The position numbers and the translations under genes are program-made. From the IMG/VR virus record IMGVR_UViG_3300021961_007031: a DNA stretch of 64,000 bases, one strand, 5' to 3'. Position 1 is the stretch's first letter; each line of letters begins with the position of its first letter. This DNA is from a virus. Below the pieces are notes generated by a model that saw nothing but the letters and a program-made list of their open reading frames with translations, did not search any database and was not told the DNA's origin. Shown here piece after piece: positions 27,523 to 36,769 of the stretch.

Positions 27523-28533
27523 ATGAAAAACATTTTAATAACCTTAGCAGCCCTTGTATTGGCTGCAACAACAACACAAGCAGTTGCAAGAGATCAAATC
27601 AAGACCGTAGGCTCATCTACGGTTTTTCCTTTTGCAACTGTAGCTGCTGAAACATTTGCCAAAAACGGCAACAAAGCACCTATTATTGAATCAACTGGCA
27701 CAGGTGGTGGCATGAAGCTATTTTGTGCTGGCATAGGCGTACAGCACCCAGACTTGACAAACGCAAGTCGTGCAATTAAAAAGAACGAAGTTGAAACTTG
27801 TAAAAAAAATGGCGTTACTCCATTAGAAGTTAAGATAGGTTTTGATGGCATTGCAATTGCAAACTCTAAAGAAGGTGCAAAAGTTTCATTGACCCTTAAA
27901 GATGTATTCCTAGCACTAGCAAAGAATGTGCCAGATGGTAAGGGCGGAATGATACCAAATCCATACAAAACATGGAAAGACGTGCGTAGCGATCTCCCCA
28001 ACCAGCAGATCGAAGTTTTAGGGCCACCACCAACATCAGGTACAAGAGATGCATTTGTAGAAATTGCAATGGAAGGTGGAGCAAAGCAAATTCCAGAATT
28101 AGCAGAACTTCGCAAGTCCAAGAAAAAAGTATTTCAAGCAATAGCACACACACTTCGTGAAGATGGTGCTTTTATTGAAGCAGGCGAAAACGATAACCTG
28201 ATTGTCCAAAAACTAGTGGCTAACCCAAAAGCATTTGGTGTTTTTGGTTTTAGTTTCTTAGACGCTAACGGTGACAAGATTCAAGGTGCAACTGTAGAAG
28301 GTGCACAACCAACATTTGAAAACATTGCAAGTGGCAAATACAAAGTAAGCCGTTCACTTTACTTTTATGTAAAGAAAGAACACTTAGCCAGCATTCCAAA
28401 CCTAAAAGAATATGTACAATGGTTTGTAAGCGAAAGAACTATTGGTGAAGAAGGTACAGCGGTCGATAAGGGACTTATTCCTTTACCAGCAGCAGATCTT
28501 AAAAAACTTCAACAAACAGTTGACGCAATGTAA
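27523..28533 (+). CDS. pstS: Phosphate ABC transporter substrate-binding protein
   Basis: Signal peptide; GSSTVFP, STGTGGG, NASR, GPPPTSGTRDAF, Y..SR.LYFY. Confidence 0.95.
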   Translation: MKNILITLAALVLAATTTQAVARDQIKTVGSSTVFPFATVAAETFAKNGNKAPIIESTGTGGGMKLFCAGIGVQHPDLTNASRAIKKNEVETCKKNGVTPLEVKIGFDGIAIANSKEGAKVSLTLKDVFLALAKNVPDGKGGMIPNPYKTWKDVRSDLPNQQIEVLGPPPTSGTRDAFVEIAMEGGAKQIPELAELRKSKKKVFQAIAHTLREDGAFIEAGENDNLIVQKLVANPKAFGVFGFSFLDANGDKIQGATVEGAQPTFENIASGKYKVSRSLYFYVKKEHLASIPNLKEYVQWFVSERTIGEEGTAVDKGLIPLPAADLKKLQQTVDAM

Positions 28534-28559
28534 AACTTGTGTTACATTGATACATAAGG

Positions 28560-28590
28560 ATAGGGAGGAACCATTCCTCCCTATTTCCTT
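28560..28590 (+). terminator. Hairpin / probable terminator after pstS
   Basis: ATAGGGAGGAA-CCA-TTCCTCCCTAT followed by TTCCTT. Confidence 0.65.
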
Positions 28591-28602
28591 AAGGAATATT
28601 CG

Positions 28603-28905
28603 ATGAGCACAGACAAAGTCAAAACCAGATACATCACCGCATTTTACACAGTATTTTTAGCAAAACTAAAGCGCATTGAAGAACGCATAGAAGCAGGCAC
28701 TGCAGACGACGAAGACCTTAAAGATCATCAAAGTCTAACCAAGACACTAGCAAAAATTGAAGCACAGGAAAACGGCGTAGAGGCAGGTGACAAAGATGAT
28801 AAAACACTTGCTCGTGAACTACTAAAACAGGCAGAAAAACTCACTGCACAAGCATATAGATTAGATCCGTCCTTAGACCCGGCAAATAAACTTAAGGTAG
28901 CTTAG
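28603..28905 (+). CDS. Hypothetical protein
   Basis: 100-aa helical ORF with RBS. Confidence 0.55.
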   Translation: MSTDKVKTRYITAFYTVFLAKLKRIEERIEAGTADDEDLKDHQSLTKTLAKIEAQENGVEAGDKDDKTLARELLKQAEKLTAQAYRLDPSLDPANKLKVA

Positions 28906-29467
28906 ATTTAATTAAGTCAACAACTCTTTGGCTTTGAACAATCTCATAGTGGTTACGATCTATTTCAACATGATCCATATCACTACGAGATTTCATACTT
29001 GCATGTGTGCAAATACCATCGTTTCTACCCGTTAACCAACTAACATCTCCAGCAGTTGATACTACCTGTGTCCAGGGAACATCAATTTTAATAGTCCTGC
29101 TGTCTCTTATAAAACTACTCTGAGGTGTAATGTCTCTAAAAAGTTGAACGCCGGGATTCATAAATCTACCCCAGGTTGCTATTTCACTACCATTATATGG
29201 TGTACTTAAAGTTATGCCTCCTATAACTTTATGTCTGTATTCTCTTAAAAGGTATAGGCTATAAATACCGCCCAAACTATGTCCCACAAAGAAGAAGTCT
29301 TCTTCGTATTCTCGCAACTCATCTATAAATCTCTCTATATTTCGGTGTGCACTGCATTCATTACTGTCGTATATGCAGTAATGTATTTTATCAAACTGTA
29401 AGCTCTGCTGTATAAATGCAAAACTACGCTCGCTTGCATTTGCTCCGTGTGTGTATATGATTCTCAT
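28892..29467 (-). CDS. Alpha/beta hydrolase
   Basis: HG oxyanion, GHSLGG nucleophile elbow, NDG, NH; start MRIIYTHG. Confidence 0.85.
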   Translation of the reverse strand: MRIIYTHGANASERSFAFIQQSLQFDKIHYCIYDSNECSAHRNIERFIDELREYEEDFFFVGHSLGGIYSLYLLREYRHKVIGGITLSTPYNGSEIATWGRFMNPGVQLFRDITPQSSFIRDSRTIKIDVPWTQVVSTAGDVSWLTGRNDGICTHASMKSRSDMDHVEIDRNHYEIVQSQRVVDLIKSKLP

Positions 29468-29470
29468 CAA

Positions 29471-29484
29471 ATATTTATAAATAT
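29471..29484. promoter_or_regulatory. Palindromic back-to-back late promoters
   Basis: ATATTTATAAATAT gives TATAAATA on both strands between divergent genes. Confidence 0.65.
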
Positions 29485-29510
29485 GCAAAGTAAAGTTGAG
29501 GAGTGCTGAT

Positions 29511-29846
29511 ATGTCAGACGAAGAAAGAGCCCCAATACGTCAAAAGATAGAACTAGAAGTTGAACTAGACACTAGTGAAAAGGTTGTCCTACCAAACAAA
29601 TATCAGAATGTTATTGATCTTGCTAAAGCAGTTGATGCATGGAGAATTTTCCCAAGATTGTTCCTAACAGTTTATATTATTCTACTGTACAAGACCGTTA
29701 TTTGGTTCATGGCATTGCAAGATCCAAATGTAAACCAAGCAGGGTTAATCTCTGTTGTAGTTGGAGCAGGCGCAGCATGGTTTGGTTTGTATACTGGCAG
29801 CAGCAAAAAGTTTGACGGTGCACCACCAGCAGCACCCAAAAAATAA
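29511..29846 (+). CDS. Putative holin (2 TM)
   Basis: DAWRIFPR followed by two TM helices. Confidence 0.5.
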   Translation: MSDEERAPIRQKIELEVELDTSEKVVLPNKYQNVIDLAKAVDAWRIFPRLFLTVYIILLYKTVIWFMALQDPNVNQAGLISVVVGAGAAWFGLYTGSSKKFDGAPPAAPKK

Positions 29847-29852
29847 TAACTA

Positions 29853-29880
29853 TTGACAACTAGATTTCTGCATGTATAAT
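29853..29880 (+). promoter_or_regulatory. Sigma70 promoter TTGACA-16-TATAAT
   Basis: Consensus hexamers, ending 7 nt before the dnaJ ATG. Confidence 0.85.
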
Positions 29881-29887
29881 TATATGT

Positions 29888-30745
29888 ATGAACTACTATG
29901 ATCTCCTTGGTGTAGAGAAATCTGCATCCGCTGACCAGATTAAAAGTGCTTTTAGGACCAAAGCCAGAAGCACTCATCCTGATGCGGGCGGAGATCCTGA
30001 GGATTTTAAGCGTCTAAATGAAGCATACGAAACACTTAAAGATCCAGGCAAACGTGCTGAATATGACCACGCTAGTAGTGGTGCTGGGCGTATACATGTA
30101 AACATTAACGGCAGTCATCATGACATTTTTAGTAATATTTTTAGAGACATGCACAATGTTTTTGGACAGGAACAGGGACCTTTTGCTGGAACAAGAACAT
30201 ACAGGCGCCAACAACGCAATAAAGATTTAAGTATAGAGTACACTTGCAAATTAGAAGACACACTTGCAGAGCAGGTAAAGCAAGTTAGTGTAAAACAAAT
30301 AAGCGGCGATCGTAGATTAGTAGAAATAAAAATACCAATTGGTGTAAAAAATGGTCAGACAATAAGGTATCATAAACTTGGTGACAATACATTTAAGGAG
30401 TTGACGCCAGGCGATTTACATGTTAAAATTAATATTATTCCAACAAGATTTGAAATTGAAGGGAATAATTTACACTTAAATCATACTATAGACTGTTTTG
30501 AAGCAATACTGGGCACAACTATACAGGTTAGGACACTGGAAGGCAAAACTCTAAATACAAACATTCCGCCTGGCATACAGCATGGTATGAGCATGGGATT
30601 AAAAGGTCATGGGTTGTATGAGTTTAACAACCCTGGTAACAGAGGCGCATTGCTGGTAAAAGTAAACATCAAAATACCTGAGAACCTAACTCAAGAACAA
30701 TTAAATATGATTAGAGCCATTAAGGAAGTTACAGTTGAAACATAG
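29888..30745 (+). CDS. dnaJ: DnaJ/CbpA-type (class B) co-chaperone
   Basis: J domain with HPD; C-terminal GDL.V domains; no Zn finger. Confidence 0.92.
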   Translation: MNYYDLLGVEKSASADQIKSAFRTKARSTHPDAGGDPEDFKRLNEAYETLKDPGKRAEYDHASSGAGRIHVNINGSHHDIFSNIFRDMHNVFGQEQGPFAGTRTYRRQQRNKDLSIEYTCKLEDTLAEQVKQVSVKQISGDRRLVEIKIPIGVKNGQTIRYHKLGDNTFKELTPGDLHVKINIIPTRFEIEGNNLHLNHTIDCFEAILGTTIQVRTLEGKTLNTNIPPGIQHGMSMGLKGHGLYEFNNPGNRGALLVKVNIKIPENLTQEQLNMIRAIKEVTVET

Positions 30746-33002
30746 TCCTCAAATTGACAAAATTGTAGAAATTACAATGAAGGAAGCAAAAAAACGCAAT
30801 CACAAATATGTGACTAGCGAACACTTGCTTTATGTACTACTGGGCAACGAACATATATCCGGAATTCTTATAAAATTTGGTGTCCAATTGGACTTGTTTA
30901 TTGCAGAAGTTCAGGAATATCTGGACAATAAACTAAAGCCAGAAGAGCAACCTGTAAACGAACCTAAAAAAACACATACTATTGACAGAGTATTCAACCG
31001 TGCGTATTCACAAGTATTGTTTAGTGGACGCAATGAACTATTAGTAATGGATGTATTAATTAGTTTACTTGCTGAAGCAAACACTATGAGCAGTTATTTT
31101 CTACTCAAATACAATGTTAACAAAGAAGAACTAATAGAATTTATTACTGTAAATTTTGCCAAAGACTTGTATAATGATCAGGCAAGCAAGTATTATGAAA
31201 AGTTATTAGAAGAATATACAACTGACTTTACTAAACTAGCAAAAGATGGTAGTATAGATCCTGCTATTGGTAGAGATTCAATAATAGATGACATTTGCCA
31301 GACTATGGCTAGACGCAACAAAAGTAATGTATTAATGGTTGGAGATCCTGGTGTAGGTAAAACTGCTATAGCAGAAGGTTTGGCAATTAAAATAGTAGAA
31401 GATGATGTTCCTGTATACCTCAAGGATCATAAAGTTTACAACTTGGATATTGGCGTGTTACTTGCTGGTACTCAGTATAGGGGTCAGTTCGAAGAGCGTG
31501 TAAAAGAAGTAATGGAAGCGTTAATGAACGAGGGTAAATGTATCTTGTTTATTGACGAAGCACATACAATGAAGGGTGCTGGTGCTGGATCCAGCGGCGG
31601 TACTGACTTTGCAAACATGCTCAAACCATATTTGGGCCGTGGTAAACTTAAAGTTATTGCAAGCACTACCTGGGAAGAATACACAGAGTCATTTGAAAAA
31701 GACCGTGCTCTAATGCGACGCTTCTATCGTGTTACTGTAGATGAGCCAACACCTGCACTAGCAAAGCAAATACTTAATGGTACAGTAAAGTACTATGAAG
31801 ATTTCCATAATATGGATATTTCACCTGACAGTATTGACAGTGCTGTAGATTTAAGTGTCAGATTTATGACTGACAAGCGTTTACCTGACAAGGCATTTGA
31901 TCTAATTGACAGTGCCTGTGCAAGACAGAGACTACTGGGTGTAGAACAACCTACAATTACCAAGGAACTTATTGAACTAGAGTGCAGTAAAATTACTGGT
32001 ATCCCATTGGATCAATTAAGCGATACAGTGACTAAAAGCGTAAACCTCATAAAGGTTGAGGAAAAGATCAAGAGCAAAGTTTATGGTCAGGACGAAACTG
32101 TAGAAAAGGTAATGGAAAAAGTTTATGTTAGTAAAGCAGGGCTTGCTCCTAATGATAAACCAATTGGCGTATTCCTTTTCCTAGGCCCAACTGGCACTGG
32201 TAAAACAGAACTTGCTAAACAACTTAGCCAAAGACTTACAATGCAACTGTTACGCTATGACATGAGTGAATATCAGGAACGTCACAGCGTTGCCAGATTT
32301 ATAGGCGCACCTCCTGGCTATGTTGGATATGATGATAGCAGTTTAGGCGGCGGGTTATTAATTAGAGATATAGAGCGCAATCCTAACAGCGTTGTCCTGT
32401 TTGACGAAATAGAAAAAGCACACCCTGATGTAACAAATGTTCTCTTACAACTTATGGATGAAGGGTTTATTACTGCTACAAACGGCAAGCGTGTAGACTG
32501 TCGTAACACAATTGTTATTATGACTAGTAACCTGGGTGCACAGGAAATGGAACGCGAGCCCATTGGTTTTGGTAGAACTTCTCGTTCAGGCGAAGATGAC
32601 AAAGCAATGCAAGAGTTTTTTAGACCAGAGTTTAGAAACCGCATTGATGCTGTTTGCAAGTTTAACAAACTTGATGCACTTACAAAACGCAAGATTGTTA
32701 TAAAGTTCGTACAGGACTTTACCGACCAATTACAGGAAAAAGGCATCAGTTTACATATAGACGAACCAAGTGTAGATTATATCCTAGATAGAGGATTCGA
32801 TGAAAAGATGGGTGCAAGACCTGTTGCTAGAACTGTAGACAAATTACTAAGAGTTCCAGTTAGTAAGGAGTTAGTGGTTGACAACTCGCTAAAAGGCTGT
32901 AAAATAAAGGTTAGAGTTAATAAACATGGTTTACTCCTTAAATTTGTAAGGCAAAATGATGACGAATCTAAGTCAGTTAGAGAAATTAACGTCAAAGTAT
33001 AA
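30735..33002 (+). CDS. clpA: ATP-dependent Clp protease ATPase subunit ClpA-like
   Basis: Clp-N; GDPGVGKT and GPTGTGKT Walker A motifs; RLPDKA; GAPPGYVG; IGF loop; no ClpB middle domain. Confidence 0.92.
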   Translation: MKHSPQIDKIVEITMKEAKKRNHKYVTSEHLLYVLLGNEHISGILIKFGVQLDLFIAEVQEYLDNKLKPEEQPVNEPKKTHTIDRVFNRAYSQVLFSGRNELLVMDVLISLLAEANTMSSYFLLKYNVNKEELIEFITVNFAKDLYNDQASKYYEKLLEEYTTDFTKLAKDGSIDPAIGRDSIIDDICQTMARRNKSNVLMVGDPGVGKTAIAEGLAIKIVEDDVPVYLKDHKVYNLDIGVLLAGTQYRGQFEERVKEVMEALMNEGKCILFIDEAHTMKGAGAGSSGGTDFANMLKPYLGRGKLKVIASTTWEEYTESFEKDRALMRRFYRVTVDEPTPALAKQILNGTVKYYEDFHNMDISPDSIDSAVDLSVRFMTDKRLPDKAFDLIDSACARQRLLGVEQPTITKELIELECSKITGIPLDQLSDTVTKSVNLIKVEEKIKSKVYGQDETVEKVMEKVYVSKAGLAPNDKPIGVFLFLGPTGTGKTELAKQLSQRLTMQLLRYDMSEYQERHSVARFIGAPPGYVGYDDSSLGGGLLIRDIERNPNSVVLFDEIEKAHPDVTNVLLQLMDEGFITATNGKRVDCRNTIVIMTSNLGAQEMEREPIGFGRTSRSGEDDKAMQEFFRPEFRNRIDAVCKFNKLDALTKRKIVIKFVQDFTDQLQEKGISLHIDEPSVDYILDRGFDEKMGARPVARTVDKLLRVPVSKELVVDNSLKGCKIKVRVNKHGLLLKFVRQNDDESKSVREINVKV

Positions 33003-33597
33003 TCTACGCCTAATTAAAAGCGATAGAAAATTCTATAAAAAATATTGTTACAAATTAGCCTATTATGTGTATAGTGCAAAGTATCCAAACATGGATTACT
33101 TTGACAAAATACTGGACAAACGAGTATATGCATTCCGTAACAACATGCACATTAGACGAGAGCAGGGCAAGATCAATGTGTATGCTACTAACATTGAAGA
33201 TTTACAACAGTACATTAACGAATTTTCCGAAATGGATTATGTAGAATTAGCATACTTCCCTGAAGATGTTCCAGTAAATGTTAAACTACGAAAAACCCAA
33301 CCAGAGTATCCGTATGAAGTAAAGTTACGCCGGCATGTTAAAAAAGAAACATTACAAACATTCTGGCAAACACATTGTGATAAAATGTGGATCAATAAAG
33401 ACAGTAAGTATGAATTGGATTTAGCGCCAGAACTTAAACAGTTTATCCTATGGATACCAAAAGTAACCCGTACTAAAACTTGGCTAAGTACAACCTGGCG
33501 ATTTAATGATGAGGATGTAAAAAACTTATTTGTGTTCACATTTGGCGAGCATGTACAGCAAGAAACCCTATACAAAAAGGAAAGCACAGATGAATAA
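32956..33597 (+). CDS. Hypothetical protein
   Basis: 213-aa ORF. Confidence 0.55.
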   Translation: MMTNLSQLEKLTSKYNLRLIKSDRKFYKKYCYKLAYYVYSAKYPNMDYFDKILDKRVYAFRNNMHIRREQGKINVYATNIEDLQQYINEFSEMDYVELAYFPEDVPVNVKLRKTQPEYPYEVKLRRHVKKETLQTFWQTHCDKMWINKDSKYELDLAPELKQFILWIPKVTRTKTWLSTTWRFNDEDVKNLFVFTFGEHVQQETLYKKESTDE

Positions 33598-33859
33598 AAA
33601 TCTATTGAATACCCTTGTAGAGCGTAAACTTGTTACTACAGAGACTGTAGTTAAGGCACGAGTACCAACTCGTGGTTTCCATACTGGTGTGTTTATGAGT
33701 GTAAAAAACATTCACTGGGATCCACGAATGAGTGCAGATAACATAATTGATATTGAAGGTATGGAACCAGAACGGTTTGCTAAAAGTTATGACATTAAGC
33801 CTGATGGTACTGCAAAAGTATACAAAAAACGCGGCAGAAAGCCTAAACTTAACGCATAA
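33590..33859 (+). CDS. Hypothetical protein with C-terminal KKRGRKPK (AT-hook-like)
   Basis: Start moved to ATG 33590 after AAGGA. Confidence 0.6.
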   Translation: MNKNLLNTLVERKLVTTETVVKARVPTRGFHTGVFMSVKNIHWDPRMSADNIIDIEGMEPERFAKSYDIKPDGTAKVYKKRGRKPKLNA

Positions 33860-33882
33860 ATACTCCTATAAGGAGTATACCT

Positions 33883-34047
33883 ATGGCCAAACTCAATGAA
33901 GAAATGGTTGTTATCAAGATTAGTAAACTCTGTAGAGACAATGAAGAAATTGTAACTATGCTTGATGATGATATGACAGCCAGTTTAGAAGCAGTAATTC
34001 AAGAACTAGCAGGTCCTGATAAACTTGTAGAAGTGATTAAAGAATAA
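33883..34047 (+). CDS. Small late protein (54 aa, not in ORF track)
   Basis: MAKLNEEMVVIKISKL...LEAVIQELAG...VEVIKE; CATAAATA and AAGGAG upstream. Confidence 0.7.
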   Translation: MAKLNEEMVVIKISKLCRDNEEIVTMLDDDMTASLEAVIQELAGPDKLVEVIKE

Positions 34048-34421
34048 TGACAGCAACAACCACAGTAACACTATTACCAACAACAACATTTGGCACTGCT
34101 ACAGGAAATTATGATGGTAGCAGCAGTTCCTTTAACAGCGACAAAGTTAAGGGAGATGGTTACTATGGTTTCGCAGACGGTGTTCATACTATCCAGACAC
34201 GAGTAACAGGATTGATTGGAACAGTAAAAATTCAGGCAACACTCGCAACAGACCCCGCTAGCACAGACTGGGTAGACATTAGTAGTGTAGTTACAAGTGA
34301 TGGAAGTACAACAGTAACCAACAGTTACTTTACTAACTTTACTGGCAACTATACCTGGATCAGAATTGCTGTAAGTTCATTTACAGCAGGAACTATAAAC
34401 AACATTTACCTAGCACACTAG
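34047..34421 (+). CDS. Probable virion structural protein
   Basis: Thr/Ser-rich beta protein; KGDGYYG..DG.HT, IQATL...P...DW, FTGNY.W.R. Confidence 0.55.
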   Translation: MTATTTVTLLPTTTFGTATGNYDGSSSSFNSDKVKGDGYYGFADGVHTIQTRVTGLIGTVKIQATLATDPASTDWVDISSVVTSDGSTTVTNSYFTNFTGNYTWIRIAVSSFTAGTINNIYLAH

Positions 34422-34429
34422 GGCATAAC

Positions 34430-35644
34430 ATGATAACATGGTTATTTGATAACCGTAATCAGTATGGCTATTTGCCAAATCTTGTAAAAGATAATACACT
34501 TCAGCCAGGTACTGATGCCTGGTATGATCTGTGTATTAAAGAGCCCTACAGTTACGAGTTTAGATTTTTAAAATACTGCATACTAGATAGAGTACCATTT
34601 AAATGTGCTCTTGTTAACAGTGAAATCTGGGAAGGGCCTGCTTACTATCCCGTAAATCTAAACTTTTTTGATCCTGAAATAGATTACTTTAGCCTAATGG
34701 ATCCACAAAGCCTTGCAAAATTACAGCAGGGCAGATTTAAGTTTTTGTTTTATTACAGTGAAGGTGATGACATTCACGCTAGTGGTATAGAGTATGCCAT
34801 AAAAACAATGATGACCCGGCATTCAGTAAGTTTAGAAAATGTTGTTTTTATTACTGCAAATGCTAGGATAGGTGGGAAATATCCTTATTTTTATTTCCCG
34901 GACGACGAACTTTATTATAGATACCTGCACATTAGAAATAAGGATTGGGTACAACAAGTACAACTAGAAACTAAACCCTACAAATTTACATACCTAAACC
35001 GTGCAGATAAAGTATGGCGCAGAGTATTAGCAAGTAGGTTGCAAGCATTGGGTTGCTTAAAGGATGCACAATTTAGTTATACTGGATATCAGTATGAAAC
35101 AAGTAGCGTAGAAGAAGACTCGCCAGAAAATTGGAGTCGTAATTTAAACAGTGAAATATTTAATAGTGTGTATTCTGCATTTGGATTAAGAATACCCTAT
35201 ACATGTGATGACTTGAGTTTAACAGAACACAATGATCACAAAATTATACATAAACCTCATTTTACTGACAGTTACTGGCAGCTAGTGGCAGAAACACACT
35301 TTCATCAAGATACAGTGTTCTTGACAGAAAAGACATTTAAGTGTATATTAAACTTACAACCTTTCGTAATAGCTGGCAATCCACGGAGTATGCTGCTATT
35401 AAGAAAACTTGGTTATCAGACATTTGACAGTATAGTGAATGAAAGTTACGATAAAATGGAGGATCCCTTTAGGCGTATGGATGAAATTATAAACATCGTT
35501 TACAGTTTAAATGATAGATCTCACGAAGACCATGTAAAAATTTTAACGGTTGCTAGACCAATTATTGAGCATAACCAAAGACATTTTCTTGCCCCCAAAG
35601 TAGGCAGAATTCAAGGCTTACTTAAAAGATTGGATTATACATGA
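34430..35644 (+). CDS. Putative glycosyltransferase-like protein (GT-B; TEK motif)
   Basis: LNR....R, VAET, FLTEKTFK, QPF, GYQTF, ESYD. Confidence 0.55.
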   Translation: MITWLFDNRNQYGYLPNLVKDNTLQPGTDAWYDLCIKEPYSYEFRFLKYCILDRVPFKCALVNSEIWEGPAYYPVNLNFFDPEIDYFSLMDPQSLAKLQQGRFKFLFYYSEGDDIHASGIEYAIKTMMTRHSVSLENVVFITANARIGGKYPYFYFPDDELYYRYLHIRNKDWVQQVQLETKPYKFTYLNRADKVWRRVLASRLQALGCLKDAQFSYTGYQYETSSVEEDSPENWSRNLNSEIFNSVYSAFGLRIPYTCDDLSLTEHNDHKIIHKPHFTDSYWQLVAETHFHQDTVFLTEKTFKCILNLQPFVIAGNPRSMLLLRKLGYQTFDSIVNESYDKMEDPFRRMDEIINIVYSLNDRSHEDHVKILTVARPIIEHNQRHFLAPKVGRIQGLLKRLDYT

Positions 35645-36309
35645 TACATTTTTTTACGCCTTGCTATGGGGGACAAATTAGCGAAGTCACATTCCAAGGA
35701 TATATCCAATGGACCGTGATGGCTGTACAACACGACATACCATCTAAAATAGATACACTTAGTAACGAAAGTAATGTAAATCGTGCCCGCAATAGTTGTG
35801 TCGCTAAATTTTTAGCAGGCAGTGGTAGTCATCTTATGTTCGTTGATGCTGACATAAAATGGCGACCTGAACAAGTTGTTAAACTTGCAAGTGCAGACAA
35901 AGACATAATTGGGGGTCTATATCCTCAAAAAATAATTCCTCCTCGTTTAGTGGTTAATACAATACCCGATGCAGAGCGTGAAGGTGACCTACTAGAAGTA
36001 GGCACTATTGGCACAGGTTTTATGCTTATTAAGCGCACAGTATTTGAGCAAATGATAGAAAATGGTGCACCAAAATATACAGATAACATAGGGCTTGGCA
36101 GTGAGTTTAGCGATTATCAGTATGATTTCTTTAACTGCACTATAGATCCTAAAGGTAGATACTTAACAGAAGACTGGAGTTTTTGTTATAATTGGCGCAG
36201 CATGGGCGGCAAGATCTGGGCAGATACTAGTATAGAACTAGGACATGTAGGGTACCATAGGTTTATGCCAGATATGGAAGCATTTAGGAAAGAATATGGA
36301 ATCAGTTGA
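35641..36309 (+). CDS. GT-A glycosyltransferase-like protein
   Basis: TPCYGG, RARN, FVDAD (DxD), GTGFMLIKR, EDWSFC, GH.G. Confidence 0.75.
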   Translation: MIHFFTPCYGGQISEVTFQGYIQWTVMAVQHDIPSKIDTLSNESNVNRARNSCVAKFLAGSGSHLMFVDADIKWRPEQVVKLASADKDIIGGLYPQKIIPPRLVVNTIPDAEREGDLLEVGTIGTGFMLIKRTVFEQMIENGAPKYTDNIGLGSEFSDYQYDFFNCTIDPKGRYLTEDWSFCYNWRSMGGKIWADTSIELGHVGYHRFMPDMEAFRKEYGIS

Positions 36310-36754
36310 AGTTAAACTTGAATTAACTGGTGTAGGTTTTGATAATCGCTGGCCCAGATGCAGAGTTCTAGTAAATGAAACATTATACTTTGATGATGTT
36401 GTGCAAGGTACAAAAGAAATAGTATTCAATGCCGATCTTGAAGATGACACTCAGAATAAACTAATAGTAGATTATTATAATAGAGATTTCAGAAAAGATG
36501 TTATTTTAGGTCCAGATGGCCTGCCTGAAAAGGCTACTTCTGTTACAGTACAAAATTTATCCATGGATGGTATTGAACTTGAACACCTCCCATATATGCA
36601 CTCATATCAAGAAATATACGAGCCCTGGTATTTAGATCAGGATAGAGAAGAGTTTCCTAATCCTCGTAGAGAAGATATGCAACTTAGTTGGAATGGACGT
36701 TGGACACTTGATTTTACAACACCATTTTACATCTGGTTATTAGAAAATTTGTAA
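36296..36754 (+). CDS. Hypothetical protein
   Basis: Ends WNG.W.L.F..PFY.WLLE. Confidence 0.6.
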   Translation: MESVEVKLELTGVGFDNRWPRCRVLVNETLYFDDVVQGTKEIVFNADLEDDTQNKLIVDYYNRDFRKDVILGPDGLPEKATSVTVQNLSMDGIELEHLPYMHSYQEIYEPWYLDQDREEFPNPRREDMQLSWNGRWTLDFTTPFYIWLLENL

Positions 36755-36769
36755 CAAATAAATACATGT

